Shown here piece by piece: positions 1 to 13,729 of a DNA stretch of 64,000 bases. The position numbers were made by a program, and so were the translations under genes. This stretch comes from Ascidiella aspersa (lineage: Eukaryota). The stretch is taken from positions 806,001 to 870,000 of the forward strand of contig OZ004610.1 in the NCBI GenBank assembly GCA_963924565.1, in the 5' to 3' direction. How positions within the stretch are numbered: position 1 is the first letter of the stretch; each line of letters starts with the position of its first letter. The notes beneath the pieces are model-generated. The model searched no databases, had not been told where the DNA came from, and saw nothing but the letters and a program-made list of their open reading frames with translations.

Positions 1-1789
1 ACAAACAAAATTGACAACAAAAAAAACAAACAAACTATAAGATGGCTTCAGTTGGTTTTTAAGTTATAACAGAATACGCAAGGTTCAACACTCTCTGTTG
101 TTTTCCATATAACCAAACTATTGGTACAATTATAAACCTTTGGTATCGGCTACTATAGGAATAAACAAATTAATTTCGAAACGTCTCAAGATATTTACTT
201 CAACTTACAGCGCTCCAATTGTGATTTCCTGCGTTGGCAACTTACTTGCAGGAAACAGGCTTTCCAATTTACAACTTGTACCGAGATATCTGGTTAAAGT
301 ATCGTATTTGTGGACTCCATCCTGTATTTGACCTACACAGGTAAACAAACAGCACTCTATTGTGCTTGCCTTGTTACGAAACAGTCGCCTAGAGTTTACT
401 TAATAGCGCTAGGTGCGAGTTACACTTTGGTCAAATCCTGCAGTCGTCCATTGAGTCAGTTGAGGTCATGTAAGGTTTGATAAGACGCGTGCTGTTGAAA
501 CCCCTTTTAATCAGCTAATTAATTAAGTCCAGATGCTCTGTTACTTGTTTTTTGGTGTTGTTTGTTTTTGCTGGAATTGTAGTAACTAGTCTGCTATGGC
601 TTTGTAAAAGAAAAAGTGACTTTTCTATATATAGTGAGCGATATAATACATTAAAACATTGTGATGGAAATCATTTACAAATCTGTAGAATTTTTAACCT
701 GTATCAAACTATTTGGATTATTCACATATTTGAACACTTTTACCACTATGTTTGGGATTTAAAAAGAGGCATAACATGATGTTTTAAAACAGTAGTGTTA
801 GTGCTACCTTACAATCATAATAACTGCAAATATTTGAATAACAGTCATTTTAAGCAAATCGCAGTAGTTATTTTAATATAAAACATGAGACATTAAATAG
901 TAATTAGTACAAAGTCTTTAACTTTATTGTAAGTCGTAATAACGAATAGCTTACCTGGGATTGCTGATTGGAAAGTTGTTTAGTTAAAAAAAATCCACAC
1001 AAAACTGTTTGGCGGGATTCGTTCATTGTGGAAAGCATTGAGCCAGTCAGTCGCACAATCTTGCTAGAAAAGAAAAAAGGGGCTTTGAAAAGCAGAACAC
1101 CGGGCAGCGACAATCGGCAGACAGAGCGCCTTGTTTCGTCACAGAGAGAGGAGCTGTGTTCCAGAACGTGCGCATTGTGCCGAATGTTATTGTCGGGGTT
1201 CGTGTGTTGTAAACACAGGGTGATTTGATTGCGAATAGCGGCGCGAAAAGTAATAAAACGGCGCCTGTAGGAAGTTAGGAAGCAGTTAGAAGGCCAGTGG
1301 GAAAGGTCATAAATTATAGGCGAAGTTATGAAGTGATTGCATTGAGGAAGTGAACTTATAAAAAGGCTCGTAGCTGGTATGTGTTATGTAAACAAATTGC
1401 GGTTTTAATTATTTTTTTCTGGTTTGCTTGGTGCTACTGTAAACATCGCAGTGGTTGATAGGTTGAAATTGCAGCCCTCATTTAGCAACGTGCAGCATTA
1501 AGTATAGGCAGTCGGTGTGTTTTATGCATCATTTCGTGTCTAGGGAATAATTTGTCACCATTTTAAAGCCAGTTTAGCGTCAGTTCCACCCCAGTTTAAT
1601 TATTTCACCAACGATCAGTTTCAATTTTATCTCTTTTCGTCCCCAGCGACCCAATTAGTCACAAGAGCTAGAGAGAGAGATTCTTGATTTGCCCGCCTTG
1701 CTGCATTCAATCGACCTCAAAATCGCAAGATCAAGGCTACGTACACAATAGAAATCCACTGGCTGTGTCATCGTGTCAGATCCAGTGAA

Positions 1790-1862
1790 ATGGATTATCA
1801 CCGCGCACTGATATCGCTCATTATCGGATTAATGTCCTTTCACTTGGCCCATTCGGAAGAAG
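1790..1862 (+). CDS. Eph: Eph gene 1 exon 1: signal peptide MDYHRALISLIIGLMSFHLAHSEE
   Basis: ATG at 1790, hydrophobic core, donor G|gttggt in phase 1 matching exon 2. Parallels gene 2 exon 1. Confidence 0.85.
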
Positions 1863-2282
1863 GTTGGTTGAATCCCATTGTATTTTTTAGTGTGACCTGA
1901 AAAATGATTCCATTGTTTTGATGTAAATGATAGGGAGCCTGATTTGAATCAGGATGCATGAACGCGTTCTGAATATTAATTATCCATTCTAAAAAATGAA
2001 TGGGGGAATTTTACAATGAATTCATTACATTTAGAACTGCCATATATGTTTGTAATGTCGAATTGATTTGGTTTTACAGTACATTTTGGCGTGTTTCGTA
2101 AAACAAAAACGCGATAAATTAATCAATTTAAAATGCTTAGATTTATTTTCAAGACATTTAAGTAACTTTTTTATATACCAACACTCAGTAAAAAAAAACG
2201 CAACACAGACATTATTTTCGGCATTAAATCGTACTTTTATATTTGCTTTTACCATCAAACTAACCACGTTGTTTTATCGCAG

Positions 2283-2341
2283 AAACGCTCCTAGACACAC
2301 GAAACGCAACAACTGACCTTGGATGGCCCAAGTCAAGAGGG
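2283..2341 (+). CDS. Eph: Eph gene 1 exon 2: LBD N-terminus (E)TLLDTRNATTDLGWPKSRG
   Basis: cgcag| acceptor, |gtgagc donor; Eph LLD...LGW motif. Confidence 0.92.
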
Positions 2342-5006
2342 GTGAGCCTTAATAAGCACTACAATTTTCGGATGCTCAGGCCTAAATAATCTCCCATCTG
2401 AGCGGTTCAGCTTGAGAGCAGAGCCGCAATTATTGTGATTATGTGGCGATTATTGGCGGACTTGCGTTGTCTTTTCCTGTAGCCCGCTTAACTGGCGCGA
2501 TAGTGCTGAAGGGAGAGCTGGTTTCTTGCATTCAGTAGGTTCAGGCGGGTTTGTAACCTTACCCCGATGTAAATTGCGGCTAGGAGTGTTGAATGATTCC
2601 TGGCTACAGTTTTGTTTTTCGGGATAAGGAATTCCCTAAAACCTCATATAATATTTATAAAGGTCTGTTACTCCGTCTTAACTGAATGCGAGTTTTTTAT
2701 CGATTAATATTTCGCCTGGTGGAGCGAAACTTTGTCATTTATCAGAAATAATAATTTAATCTGCGAAACTACAAATATCATTCCAATGCATTTAATGATA
2801 TCTATAAGTTTGTTAAGCCATAATAAGAAGCAAAAAATTACAACTAGAAAAACTCTGAAAAATGTAAGCTTTCAATCTAGCTTTTTGCCGTAATGCAAAA
2901 TCAGTCATATCCGATATCAATCGAATGCGAAAATGACTAACTACCGGGTTGGGATATCGCAATTGTGATCATCAACGCCCTGTAACACGCATTGTACCAA
3001 GCTGGAGTGTGAACATCACGTTTTTTGTCGTTGTTTCTCCGCGAAATACCACGCAGTGGTGACATTTCAGCGGTACGATGAAAGCAGAACGCCCGTAGAA
3101 CCGTTGAAATTTACCGCGTGCTGCGCCAGTCATCACTGTTGGTCATCAGCTGATCTAACTTACTTCACTTTAACCCTATCACTTCAAAGCAAGTTGCCGA
3201 ACAATAACGAGACGTTTAGCGCCCAGTTCAAGTTTTTTAACTGTAGTTTTGCGCGGGATTTTGTAACCCTGGAGCTTTTTGCGTTGAAAGGGTGAAATTT
3301 TTAACTGATGTGTCAGATTGTGGCTGTAATTGCATACGCGCTTCTATTATTGTAGCGCCTAGCGTTTTATGCGAAAAAACGTGCCTGTAGGAATGTGCAA
3401 ATTACATGTAAAAGTTTAACTACAGTTTTGCGCAAGGTGTTCTTCCATTGGACCTATTTGTAAAAATTGCGCGACATTTTAACCGTTTTCTTCAGATAGT
3501 GACTACATTTAACACATAGGCAACAGTGCGTCACGGTTTATTAAAAACATAGCTAGCAAATGATATTCTGCTCGCTCAAGCGAAATTTAATCGTTGGCTT
3601 TCAAAAGCAAGCGTTGTTATTCCAAGAACTAAAGGTCAAAGTCGCAAAATCCGAGCATTGTCCCGTCAGTCACAACAAATGTTTGTGCTGGATCTCGCTT
3701 GATTGACAGGCAGCGGTTTTAATCAACGACATCCCACAAAGCCATTGTACAGTCCGTATGTGTCCGGTTTGAACCCAGAGACGAGCCTCAGACAATTCGT
3801 GGCTCCACAGACCTCACAAACACACGCTATATTGCTGTGAATGGGTGAAAAATGCCAATGAGCCTCGTCGCGACAATTATACCTTCGATATTGTGGCTGT
3901 GGTTTTGATATGAAAGCGGCAGCTGTCGCCACATAACTCCTCTGTAGCGCTTTTTCAATCAAAGCCACTTTGATTCGATTTGTGGCTGAATTCGTGACCG
4001 GAGTCCAAATTTCACTCAACACCTCTAGTATCAATAAAATGCACAATTCAATTTTAACGTTGTAAGATTGATTTTTATTCTGCGGTACTACCGTCTCTTT
4101 TGATGCCTTAAAAGCATTATTTAGGTAAAATTAACTAAACCCCTTAAAACGACAACTTGGCTAAAAACAAATACATTTCGTTTTACTTATTGTATTTTCT
4201 TAACAAAATGTTTTATGTTTACCGCCGATAATGTTGTCAAAAGTGTGAAACGAATTTATACATACAATACACTTCAATGGTATTTTACCACCTACTAAAA
4301 AGCAAGCTCCATTTCGCGATTATTCATGTTCAAACATTATCTCTGTTGTCCTTGATCCAATAATGCAGCGCAATCCTATTAGCAATCTCGCACGCGCAAA
4401 ACCCCAATATTGCGGCATCCCAATAACCTGTACTAATGTGGACACTTACCGGTTGTAAGTACTGAGATGGTCAATATATTGCCTTAAATCGGCTTTGCGC
4501 TTTAAATTGCTGTTTTGTGTTTCGTCAGGATTACAAGATACACTCTAATAGACCTCTTACACTGTTAGCAGACATATGAATTGACAATATGGCATTAAGT
4601 GCACCCCTGTATAATTTACCAGGAAGTAAATAAAAGGTTTCTATATGATGCGTTTTTTACAAAACGTTTTGAGGTAGTCGTAATCTAGATCGTAGCGTTC
4701 GTCTAATTAGAAAACCGAAATCACACCTTGAACTGTATTTCCATCTATGTTGCTTTTATTTTTAAACATATTTTTCCGCGATTCATTACCTAATCCTTTT
4801 GTTAACCACAAAAATTAAATTCACCTAAAAACATACATTGTACATCCGTTTTTGGATTTTTAACGTCGACTGCTTTAATTTGGCCGCAGTACACATTAAC
4901 GAATTGTTCTGTTATACAAGGAAATTTCACCAAATAAAACCCCTTTAAAAATCTTTCATTGATATTTGACGTATTTTATGCAATAAACAATTTGTGTTTC
5001 ATTCAG

Positions 5007-5164
5007 TGGCTGGAGACAAGTAACCACGATGAGAATGGCGACCTGCTCCGAACCTTCCAGGTTTGCAGGATTAGATCCCCGAACCAGGACAACTGGCTGA
5101 GGACTCCTTATATAGAAGTGGGGAATGTGGAACGAATTTACATCGAAATACGCTTCAGCATGAG
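5007..5164 (+). CDS. Eph: Eph gene 1 exon 3: LBD WLETSNHDENGDLLRTFQVC...NQDNWLRTPYI...IYIEIRFSM
   Basis: ttcag| acceptor, |gtttgt donor; same length (158 nt) as gene 2 exon 3. Confidence 0.95.
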
Positions 5165-5451
5165 GTTTGTTTACATTCGAAATATGACCACTGTTACGTA
5201 ACAATAGAAAGAAATCAGTATGAAGAACGTATTTAACTTTTACGAGTTTAGAAATCCAATCATTACCCTCTCTGGTTTTGATAGCGGCTTACAGCATTAT
5301 TAGTCTTTTATGACGGCACAACCTATTGTTACCACATATAAACCTCGTGACAGTTTTCGAATGGCAAAGAATTAGGGAATAAACATCCGTTTTATGTTGA
5401 AATGTTTTCCCCTTTTGGCACCTTTAACTGACTTTTTCTGTTTTTTTGCAG

Positions 5452-5572
5452 ATCGTGTGAAGACATTAAGAACATTGTTTCTTGCAAGGAAACCTTCAAC
5501 CTCTACTATTTGCCTTCTGAAGGCGCAGACGACCGTAAGGCTTCCCACACTGATGACAAAACCTACACCAAG
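5452..5572 (+). CDS. Eph: Eph gene 1 exon 4: LBD SCEDIKNIVSCKETFNLYYLPSEGADDRKASHTDDKTYTK
   Basis: tttgcag| acceptor, |gtatgt donor; CKETFNLYY motif. Confidence 0.95.
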
Positions 5573-5973
5573 GTATGTTGTTTTGCCATTTTAAAATGAA
5601 ACTTATTTCGTCAGTTCTCACGAATTCATCAACTTTTGACAGTAAAATTCCGCCTATAGCAAACAGTGCACAGCCCGCGCGATTGACAAGGAAAAAAAAG
5701 AAAAACAATGGTTTAAAAGTTAAGACGCTGCACAGATCCCTTGAAAGTAAATACGGATGCAGTTCAACATTCACAAACCCCGTTTCCCGTCTTACTGGAA
5801 TTTGTTTATCTCGGCTTTACTGCCTTAAACAAAAGCACACAAATGTTTCCTTAATGATCACTTAAACAGACGCTAATTCGCAAACCAAACCACAGGTTTC
5901 CGACCCAGGGTTGCACAAATACCAGCAGTTGTTGAATATATTTGCACTGGAGCTTATTATCGCTACGTTTCAG

Positions 5974-6084
5974 GTGGACACGATCGCTGCCGACGAACGT
6001 TTTAAACCGGACAAAGGCAAGACCAACACCGAGACGAGGATTGTGACGCCATTGAGGACCAGGGGCTTTTATCTCGCCTTTCAG
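5974..6084 (+). CDS. Eph: Eph gene 1 exon 5: LBD VDTIAADERFKPDKGKTNTETRIVTPLRTRGFYLAFQ
   Basis: tttcag| acceptor, |gtactt donor; VDTIAADE and GFYLAFQ motifs. Confidence 0.96.
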
Positions 6085-6698
6085 GTACTTCCAGTTATTT
6101 CAGCACCTTGATTCGGATGTTTGCTTTTGCTGCTCGTTAACCTTGGGAAGTAGACCACGTTTTTATCGGACAATTACAAACGACAACTGTGTTACAATGA
6201 GATTGTGGCCGCAGCTTGTTTATATTTTTAACAGTGTAATCAGTCGATTTGTTTGACTTGATTCCACCATAAACTTTTTTTATAAAACGAGTGAATCCGA
6301 CACTGAAGTCTTTCTACCACACTGTGTAGGAATTTATTAATGGCACCATAGCTTATTTAAATGGGCTCATATCTTAATATTAAGTTGAGTTTTTGGTTGG
6401 ACATTATTTCTTGAATACAGTTAATATGCGTTGAAAAAATCGCTGCGATTAAACAACTTTTTCATAGTTTTTTGACAACTGTGTATATATTTACGTTATT
6501 TTTGTTTGTTTTGACAATTTGCTTCAGTAAGTCCAAGAGGCGACAGCAAGACGTAAACCTTCTGTAACTCGCATAAAATTGCCATTTTACCCGCGCCTCT
6601 TATAAATACGTAATGAGTAAGCAGGTCTGGGCCTGGAATTCAACGTCGTCCCTCCTTCCACTTGGACATTGCTAACGTTGCGTCGTGCATGTTTGCAG

Positions 6699-6873
6699 GA
6701 CACTGGGGCTTGCATGACGATTATGCACGTGAGGATTTACTACAAGACTTGCGCCCAAGCACTTAGAGGTCTGGCTGTGTTCCCAGTAACCGTGACTGGA
6801 CCTGAACTTACATCACTTGTAGATGTTTCTGGAACTTGTGTAGCTAACGCTGAAAGAATGCAAAACGCTCCTG
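6699..6873 (+). CDS. Eph: Eph gene 1 exon 6: LBD end and sushi start DTGACMTIMHVRIYYKTC...GTCVANAERMQNAP
   Basis: tttgcag| acceptor, G|gtaagt donor (phase 1). Confidence 0.95.
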
Positions 6874-8263
6874 GTAAGTTGGAAGTTAAGTTGTCTGATA
6901 CTTGGAATCTATTCCCATAGTACATGTAATTTATTCTGAATCTAAAATTCAAAAGTGTAGGTTAAAGCTACGGTTGTTACCCGGTACCCATTATCATGCT
7001 ACTAACTCCTAAAGGGTAAAATTACGGTTGTCATCAGAAAGCATTTATTTTGTTACCCACTCCAAAACGACCAAGTGAATAAAATGGACCCTTACCATTA
7101 AATATTTAGATTTGTGTTCTTTTACTATTTAAATTCGCTTCGCAAGTGTTAAGTGTAATTTTTTTTTTTTAAATCCTGAGAAAAATATTTAAAATCCAGA
7201 ACTTGTTTACAATTTTCAGTCCGAACGATGTTACCGTTTTAGTTAGTAGAATTTTTACTACTTTAAACTTTATTCCGTATCAGTTTTGTAAGTTTGTGAA
7301 ACGTTTCACAAATACACTTCAAGTTTTTCGAAATAAAAAAGTTTTCGGCTATCGACTTTCCGACCACGCAAGTTCGCGTTCGGCACCTTGACCTTTAACC
7401 TCACCAGCTGTTCCGTCACTGCGGCTAAACTTAACCAATTTAGCATCGACTTGCTCACGTGCTTGGAAGCCTTAAGCCTTCAGTCAGTCAAACTTGTGAG
7501 TTGTGGGTGATTATGCACTCCCACCGGGTACAGCAATCAAAGTTCGCTCTACAACCTTGCCAACGTAACATATGGAATTGAAAGAAGTCTAGACGTTGTC
7601 GCGTATTCTAACGGTTTGCGGAATACGCTGTATGAATAGGCTGGGTTACTTTTTATAAAGCGCCGTCTCTGTTTTTTAAACTACCCTTTGAGCTTTATTT
7701 TGCCTGACTTGTATAGGTTATTAATAAATTATTGCTGCAAAACAAATAAAAAGGAAACTGACCTATATAAATTATGCCCAATTCTTGGATTTTTCTCTTT
7801 TTGGTAGGACTAAAGTATGAGTAAATTTCTATCCCTTTGGGTATTTAGGCCTATTAGAGGCTGGACAAGAAACAGGCATTCTCTTTAGGGAAAAAATACT
7901 TTAATTTTATATTAATCATAACGTCCGGCTCCTTAAGATTTGGATAAATAAGGTCCTTGTGTCTGCCACAAATTCCCATCCCCTGTGAATCAATCAAGGA
8001 TGGCCTCGTGCTTAACATCGATATAATTTACTCCGCAACTGGACGGACAGGAACATAAGGCCAATTCCCGCCACCCCCGGGGATTAACCGTCCCTTGGGG
8101 CCAAATAGCCCGTCCATATTTCGCACGAAACAATTGACAAGCGTATAAGGCTTATAAAAGCGTATCCTTTTCTTTATTCCGCCAAACGAGAATATGCCTT
8201 AATTTTCAATTATTATAAAAAAAATGTCTGAAAAATAATGGTAAAATGAATAAAGATTTAATT

Positions 8264-8340
8264 TAAACGTTCAAAATATGCTTCCTACTTCTACATGGGC
8301 TCATTCTACGTCGAACTACGACCTCCAGCAATTATGCTTC
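8264..8340 (+). repeat. Foldback MITE family A, right-arm fragment
   Basis: CCTACTTCTACATGGGCTCATTCTACGTCGAACTACGACCTCCAGCAATTATGC matches copies at 20588, 24545 and 61230 (reverse). Confidence 0.7.
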
Positions 8341-8981
8341 ATAATATAAATGCCTCTTTTGGATGGGTTGTGCATTTTGGAATAAAAAAACAAACATAAG
8401 ATTATCAGAGTGGCCATGAAGCCGATCTAATCTTTCCTTTGCAAAGCCTGTCTGTGATATTTCCACTCGCATTATACTTCATTCTTATGACAATATCTCA
8501 TAACGTTAAGATCCCGACAAAAATATCTCGCACTAAAGACTTATGCGTGTACGGCGTGCGCCATTGATTTTTAAAGCCACCATCCACGTCTGTACGCTTT
8601 ATGCTTAAGATCTTGCCAAACGTGGCAAATACAAATGCATTTCGTGGCATAAGACGCTAAAAGCTTGTCAGGATTGTCAAACCTTGTATCGCTTTACGCC
8701 CCTGAAGCCCAAAATAGGTGTAAGGCTGGCAAATATAAACGTCTTTTACGCTAAATGGCGGCTTTTTAATGGGAAAAAATATTGTTAATTAATATTAATT
8801 ATGAAAATTTTTGCATTATGCCATCAGAAGCGCTCTTTTGAAATTTGCATTGAACATACCATATTCTAGTTATTTAATCTGTTGCTTGTTGTTAGCTTTA
8901 AACAAGTTACTTTTTACGTAAACATTACCTTAAAACGTTTTTTCACAACTAGCAACAAATAAAAAAAATGTTTCATCCCAG

Positions 8982-9089
8982 CGCCCAGCCTTCATTGCAA
9001 CGGTGAGGGAGAGTGGTTGGTCCCAACAGGAGGAACTTGTCAGTGTAGTCCTGGATTCCAACCTAACGACCAACTCACAGAATGCAACG
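8982..9089 (+). CDS. Eph: Eph gene 1 exon 7: sushi (A)[35 protein letters not shown]
   Basis: cccag| acceptor, G|gtaagt donor; [10 protein letters not shown] motif. Not in the ORF track. Confidence 0.94.
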
Positions 9090-12000
9090 GTAAGTGTTTG
9101 TTTGTAATCGAGTAAAGGGGAGTTCATTACACAGGTTTCCTCACCTAAAAACTTAATTTTTGTTGTTGTCTTTTTCATTTTTTCACTCGTGTTTCTTTTG
9201 GAAACGCTTTGTTTTTTTCAAACCACACAAAAATGGCCAAAATCATGTACTGACAAAATAAAAACTTCTGTAAACCGTGTATAATGCACAGTTAGCTTTA
9301 TATTTCAAGTATAGTTTGAATTTGAAACCGATTTTTTTAAAACAAACGCAAAAAAAGTCTTTAATTTTGTGCTATTTTGCGCACGTGAAAAGCTTTAGTG
9401 TGCTGTCTATTTTTAAAACCCCAGCTCGGCCAAATGCGAATCCCGTGTCTTGCAAGCCCTTAGTGGTTAGATGCAGGTGCAAGGCCTCCTGCATGATTTA
9501 ATCGATATATTCGACGGTGAGGCACCATTAGCTGTTCTGTACCTGCCACCGGCGCACTTGGCTTGCCTATTACCCCGTCAATGCCAATCAGCACAGCAGA
9601 AGGATTAGGCCATATTCCTATTATTGCTTGTCACTAGAGAAATTCGTTGAGGGTTTCAGACAGTTGGACTATAGGGATATTTGATTTAAACAGCTATTTT
9701 CTTGTTTTTTTGTCCCAATATTTTCCAAACCTTTTTGCATCGTTCTATTGCCTTTTTAAAGGGTAGTTTTGTTCCAAGAAAGGTTTCAGCGACCTTCTAG
9801 CTTAATTTGTGGTAAACTTTATCAATTGTCAGTCACCCAAACGCTTTTTTTAATCATTCCAATTTTATGCTACGTCATTTAGAAGCATGTAGTCCAATTT
9901 TAAAATGATATTTCGTTGAAAGAAGATATTCCCGGCTTAAAGGAAAACCACATAATCTCACCGAGCTTTCAAAGCATTGTCTTTCCTCTGGGTTGTATCT
10001 AACCTGCCATCCCTCTTGTCTCCAACCTGCTGTCTCCATTGCTTTGTGTTGGGATTAGGCAGATGGTGAGGAAATTGGCACCAAGGTGCAAACCCGAATT
10101 ATGCGCCGATCTGTCGGCAAATTGTACAGTGTCTGTGTATGTATATGTGACTTGAAGGGGTGTTACAGTGCAAAAAACGGCTCAGGTTGGAATGTCATTG
10201 ATTCAAAAAGATCAAATTCATTGCATTTATCTTTAAATTAATAGGCGTGTTTGCTGTCTTATGCGTTAAATCGGAAAGGTTGTTAAGTATTGAATATTCA
10301 CGTTAAATGAGTTGTGGACATAAAGTAAAAAAAAAGCCACTAAGTACAAAAAATACGTTTTTTAAAAGTCGTCATCAATTGGTCATGTGTATAAAATACT
10401 AAAAATCGACTTTTGCTGTAGATTAGTTTTGTGCCATTTTTTTACCATATGCAGCAATTCTGCATATCAATAATCGCGTTTTGGCGCCGAAAACTAAACT
10501 ATTGTTGCGCAACAATGCGACAGGATATGAGTCGCGCGACTTGAACGTCCCTTTGACCTTTGTATTCCTCCGCGGGACCAAGTATTATGTCCCTCCGCGG
10601 GAAAACCTATTGTCCACTCGGCTGCAAATTTCCTTCCGGGAATTGAGCGATATGAACGTCGAATTAATGCGCCTTGTTACAACTTCGCTAATGGGTCACT
10701 GTTAGGAAAATATTTCGAAGCGTATCTAGTCCACAGCTGGATGTTAAACAACTTTAAAACAATTTTTTGTGAGTTACCCTGATAAGAAGTGATCACTGTT
10801 AAGTGTCCAAGCGAATTTTTTCTATAAAGAACACAAAATTAGGTTAAAGTTAGTCAATTATTTGTAAAGTGTCTATATTCAATAACGAAAAAAAAACGAA
10901 ATCTAAAAGGATTAAAAATAAGGGTTTTTGTTTTAAGGAGCATATTATATCATTACCCAAGAAAATTGTAATAAACATATTTAAACAACATTGCGTGATC
11001 ATTTTCCAAGTGTCCACAGCTACATGTACCAAAAAAAACGCAAACGTCTGTTTGTTGCCGCGACAAAAAACACCTCGAAATCGTTAAATTGAGCAGCTGT
11101 CTCATTTCGTATTGCGAGGTGCGCCCGTCATATTCTGAAGATGGAAATGCGGCCAAATTGCGTTTGGAGTGCTTTCAAATCGACGCCGATCGCTCTCAGC
11201 GCTTAAAAGCTCTTTTATGCGTTTTTAATTTGACTCTCTGCGTGCTTCTAGGCGTCTTGTGAGTGCCCGGCCTTTTATGCTTCGCATCTATGTAAGTGTC
11301 GAAGGCCCTTGAAGAAAAATCGAAAATATTCGGAGGCCTTTGTGCCAAGTAATTAGTTGCACCTTTCTGAAGGATCGAAGTGAAAAATATTAAATGTCAA
11401 CCTGCCTATGGTCATTGCAGGGTTACCGCAAAGTCTTTGAAACTTTAAAATTGTTTAAAACTTTGAATTTTTTTGGCTATGTTTTGTCGCAACCCTGATT
11501 AGTGGGTCCAAATCAGAGGTTGTGCGCCACAAATAACCCGGAAAAAAGAAAAAGTGTTGAAAAAAACGACTGTTGAAAGCAGACATTTAAAGTGTCCTGT
11601 GTTAAACAAGTGTATATTGGCTTTAAGTTAGATACATGTTGAAACGTGGTTTTAACGGAGTTGTAAAAGATCAAATTGCGGGTATTTTTTTACTTCTTCG
11701 CAAAACAGCGAAAGTAGGTTAAACAGATATTCGAAAAAGTCATGCATATATTTTCCCAAATAAAAAGTTTGTATTGGCTCTTTGGAACAGGTTTTATACG
11801 TGGTTTTAGCGAAGTCCGCTTCTTTTGGACCAATGTCGCAAACTACAGACTTTGCTGTTTTCTTTCACAAAGTACCTTAAGTCCCTTGGCAAGAAAACTG
11901 TTTCCACTCATTCTATGCCAAGTAGTTTGTGATCAGTGGTTGTGCCGCTTTGTAACAACACCTGGTACTTATGATGCCACTTGTGCTAAACTCTCCTGAG

Positions 12001-13607
12001 ATTAATATATTTGCCGTCTGGTCGCTCCCAATGCTCTTGCTGGAATAATGTTGCCCCTTTCCATATCCGCTCTCTTCTAGTAGCAATAACAATCGGTGTT
12101 GGTTCTTTTAAGTCTGCTACTTCGTGTTTTTTAGGCGTTTTGTTAAGAAATTCACATTTTTTTTTCATTGAGAGATATTCCTGTTATCGTTTAGAATACT
12201 TTAAATACTAATTTTTAAGTTATGTTTTGATTTTCTTTGGATTTAGCCGAGTGTAGTTAACTTCTGGGGATTTGGATGTAGTGAATTATCACAGGTCGTA
12301 TAAGTCGGCAATGAACAGAAATTCTGACCGAAAAAAAAAAATCCCAAGAACTTTATCAACAGTAGCAGTAAGAGCGTTTCTCTCGTTTTCACAAGTATTA
12401 CGTGGTTACCATGTATGCCAGCAATGTCAGCGGTTAATTCTCACCGCCCTTCTGCTTGAATAGTGAGAATGTAAGCAACGGTTGGTCTGTGTCGGAATCC
12501 ACCTGAAAGTTGTCTCAAACCTGGCGTCTTGTGCATCTGCTGAACTGATTCTCACCATTCAAACCTTCGCTTTCACATGTTCCAGCAGTAGCGCACAAAA
12601 GGCGCCACATTAGCTGTACACGGGCTGCCCATCCGGTAACATTACCCGCACTACACGTTCCTACCCCGAGATTCAAACACCCAGGCTGTAACCTAAACCC
12701 AGCAATAAAGGCCGACAAAATATCTGCCCCCGCAAACACACAGCAGTTTACTGACGCCTTTATCCCACTTTAAAGCATTGCGAATAGCTGGGTGTAGTGT
12801 TACTTCTTCTGTGTACAGTTAAGGCCCCGAACCGCCCTAAAGCCTGCGATCTTTGCTTGTGCGTTTACAGCCAGCTATTGATATGTTTACAATGCGACAC
12901 TGGACACCCCAGCTAGCCGCGCAACGCAATGGTTAATTGTATATTTGATCCACTACTTTTCTCCACGCTTTATTGTCCCTAGTTCGGGAATTGGCGCTAG
13001 ATTCTTTTGTTTGGATTGTCTGACTAACGACGAAAACAGCGGCTTGCGAATTATCTGCTAATCATTCTCGGTAGTGCTCAAATTATCGTGTTTTAAATGC
13101 AATGTGTATATCTGAAGGGTAAAATTATATCACCCAAGTGGAAATAATGAGTAAAGAGTATACCCATACTATTGGTTTTGAGGATTTATTTTATATACCA
13201 AAATTGGTCATGTTTGGTTCAAAAAGTACTTTATATATCTTAACTGAAGAAAGAGTAGAAGTATGGCATACTAAAACAATTAATAAAAAGTTTTTAATCC
13301 TAAATACTTTAACACATAGTCTACATATATCCGTAAATACTAATAAAACATAAACCAAAATGAACCTTAGATACCATTTTCAAAACCAAATTTCCTTTCT
13401 GTGAACGAAATAAATTTTTATTTGCAAAACATCCGCAAACAAAACTTATTTACATCCGTCTGTAATCCACCCGCGACTAATCGGCAACAACGGATTTGTC
13501 GGTGGTCAGTAATCGCCGAATGTGGTCGGGCGAACTGCTTTAAACAAGATACCGGTAATAATCGGCGAAAATACACTAAAGGGCGCCGTGTGCAAAACAA
13601 AATCAAC

Positions 13608-13729
13608 CGTGGAATGAATATCAAAGGCCCATACAGAAGTCGGCAGCATTTTGGGAACGCTTTAAATAAATCTTTATTCATTTTTAACATTTTACGTCTG
13701 ACTTCAACCTCCAACAATTATGCTCCAAC
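13608..13729. repeat. Foldback MITE family A, both arms (degenerate)
   Basis: Left arm GAATATCAAAGGCCCATACAGAAGT (13608-13660), then right arm TACGTCTGACTTCAACCTCCAACAATTATGCTCCAAC (13688-13729). Confidence 0.7.
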
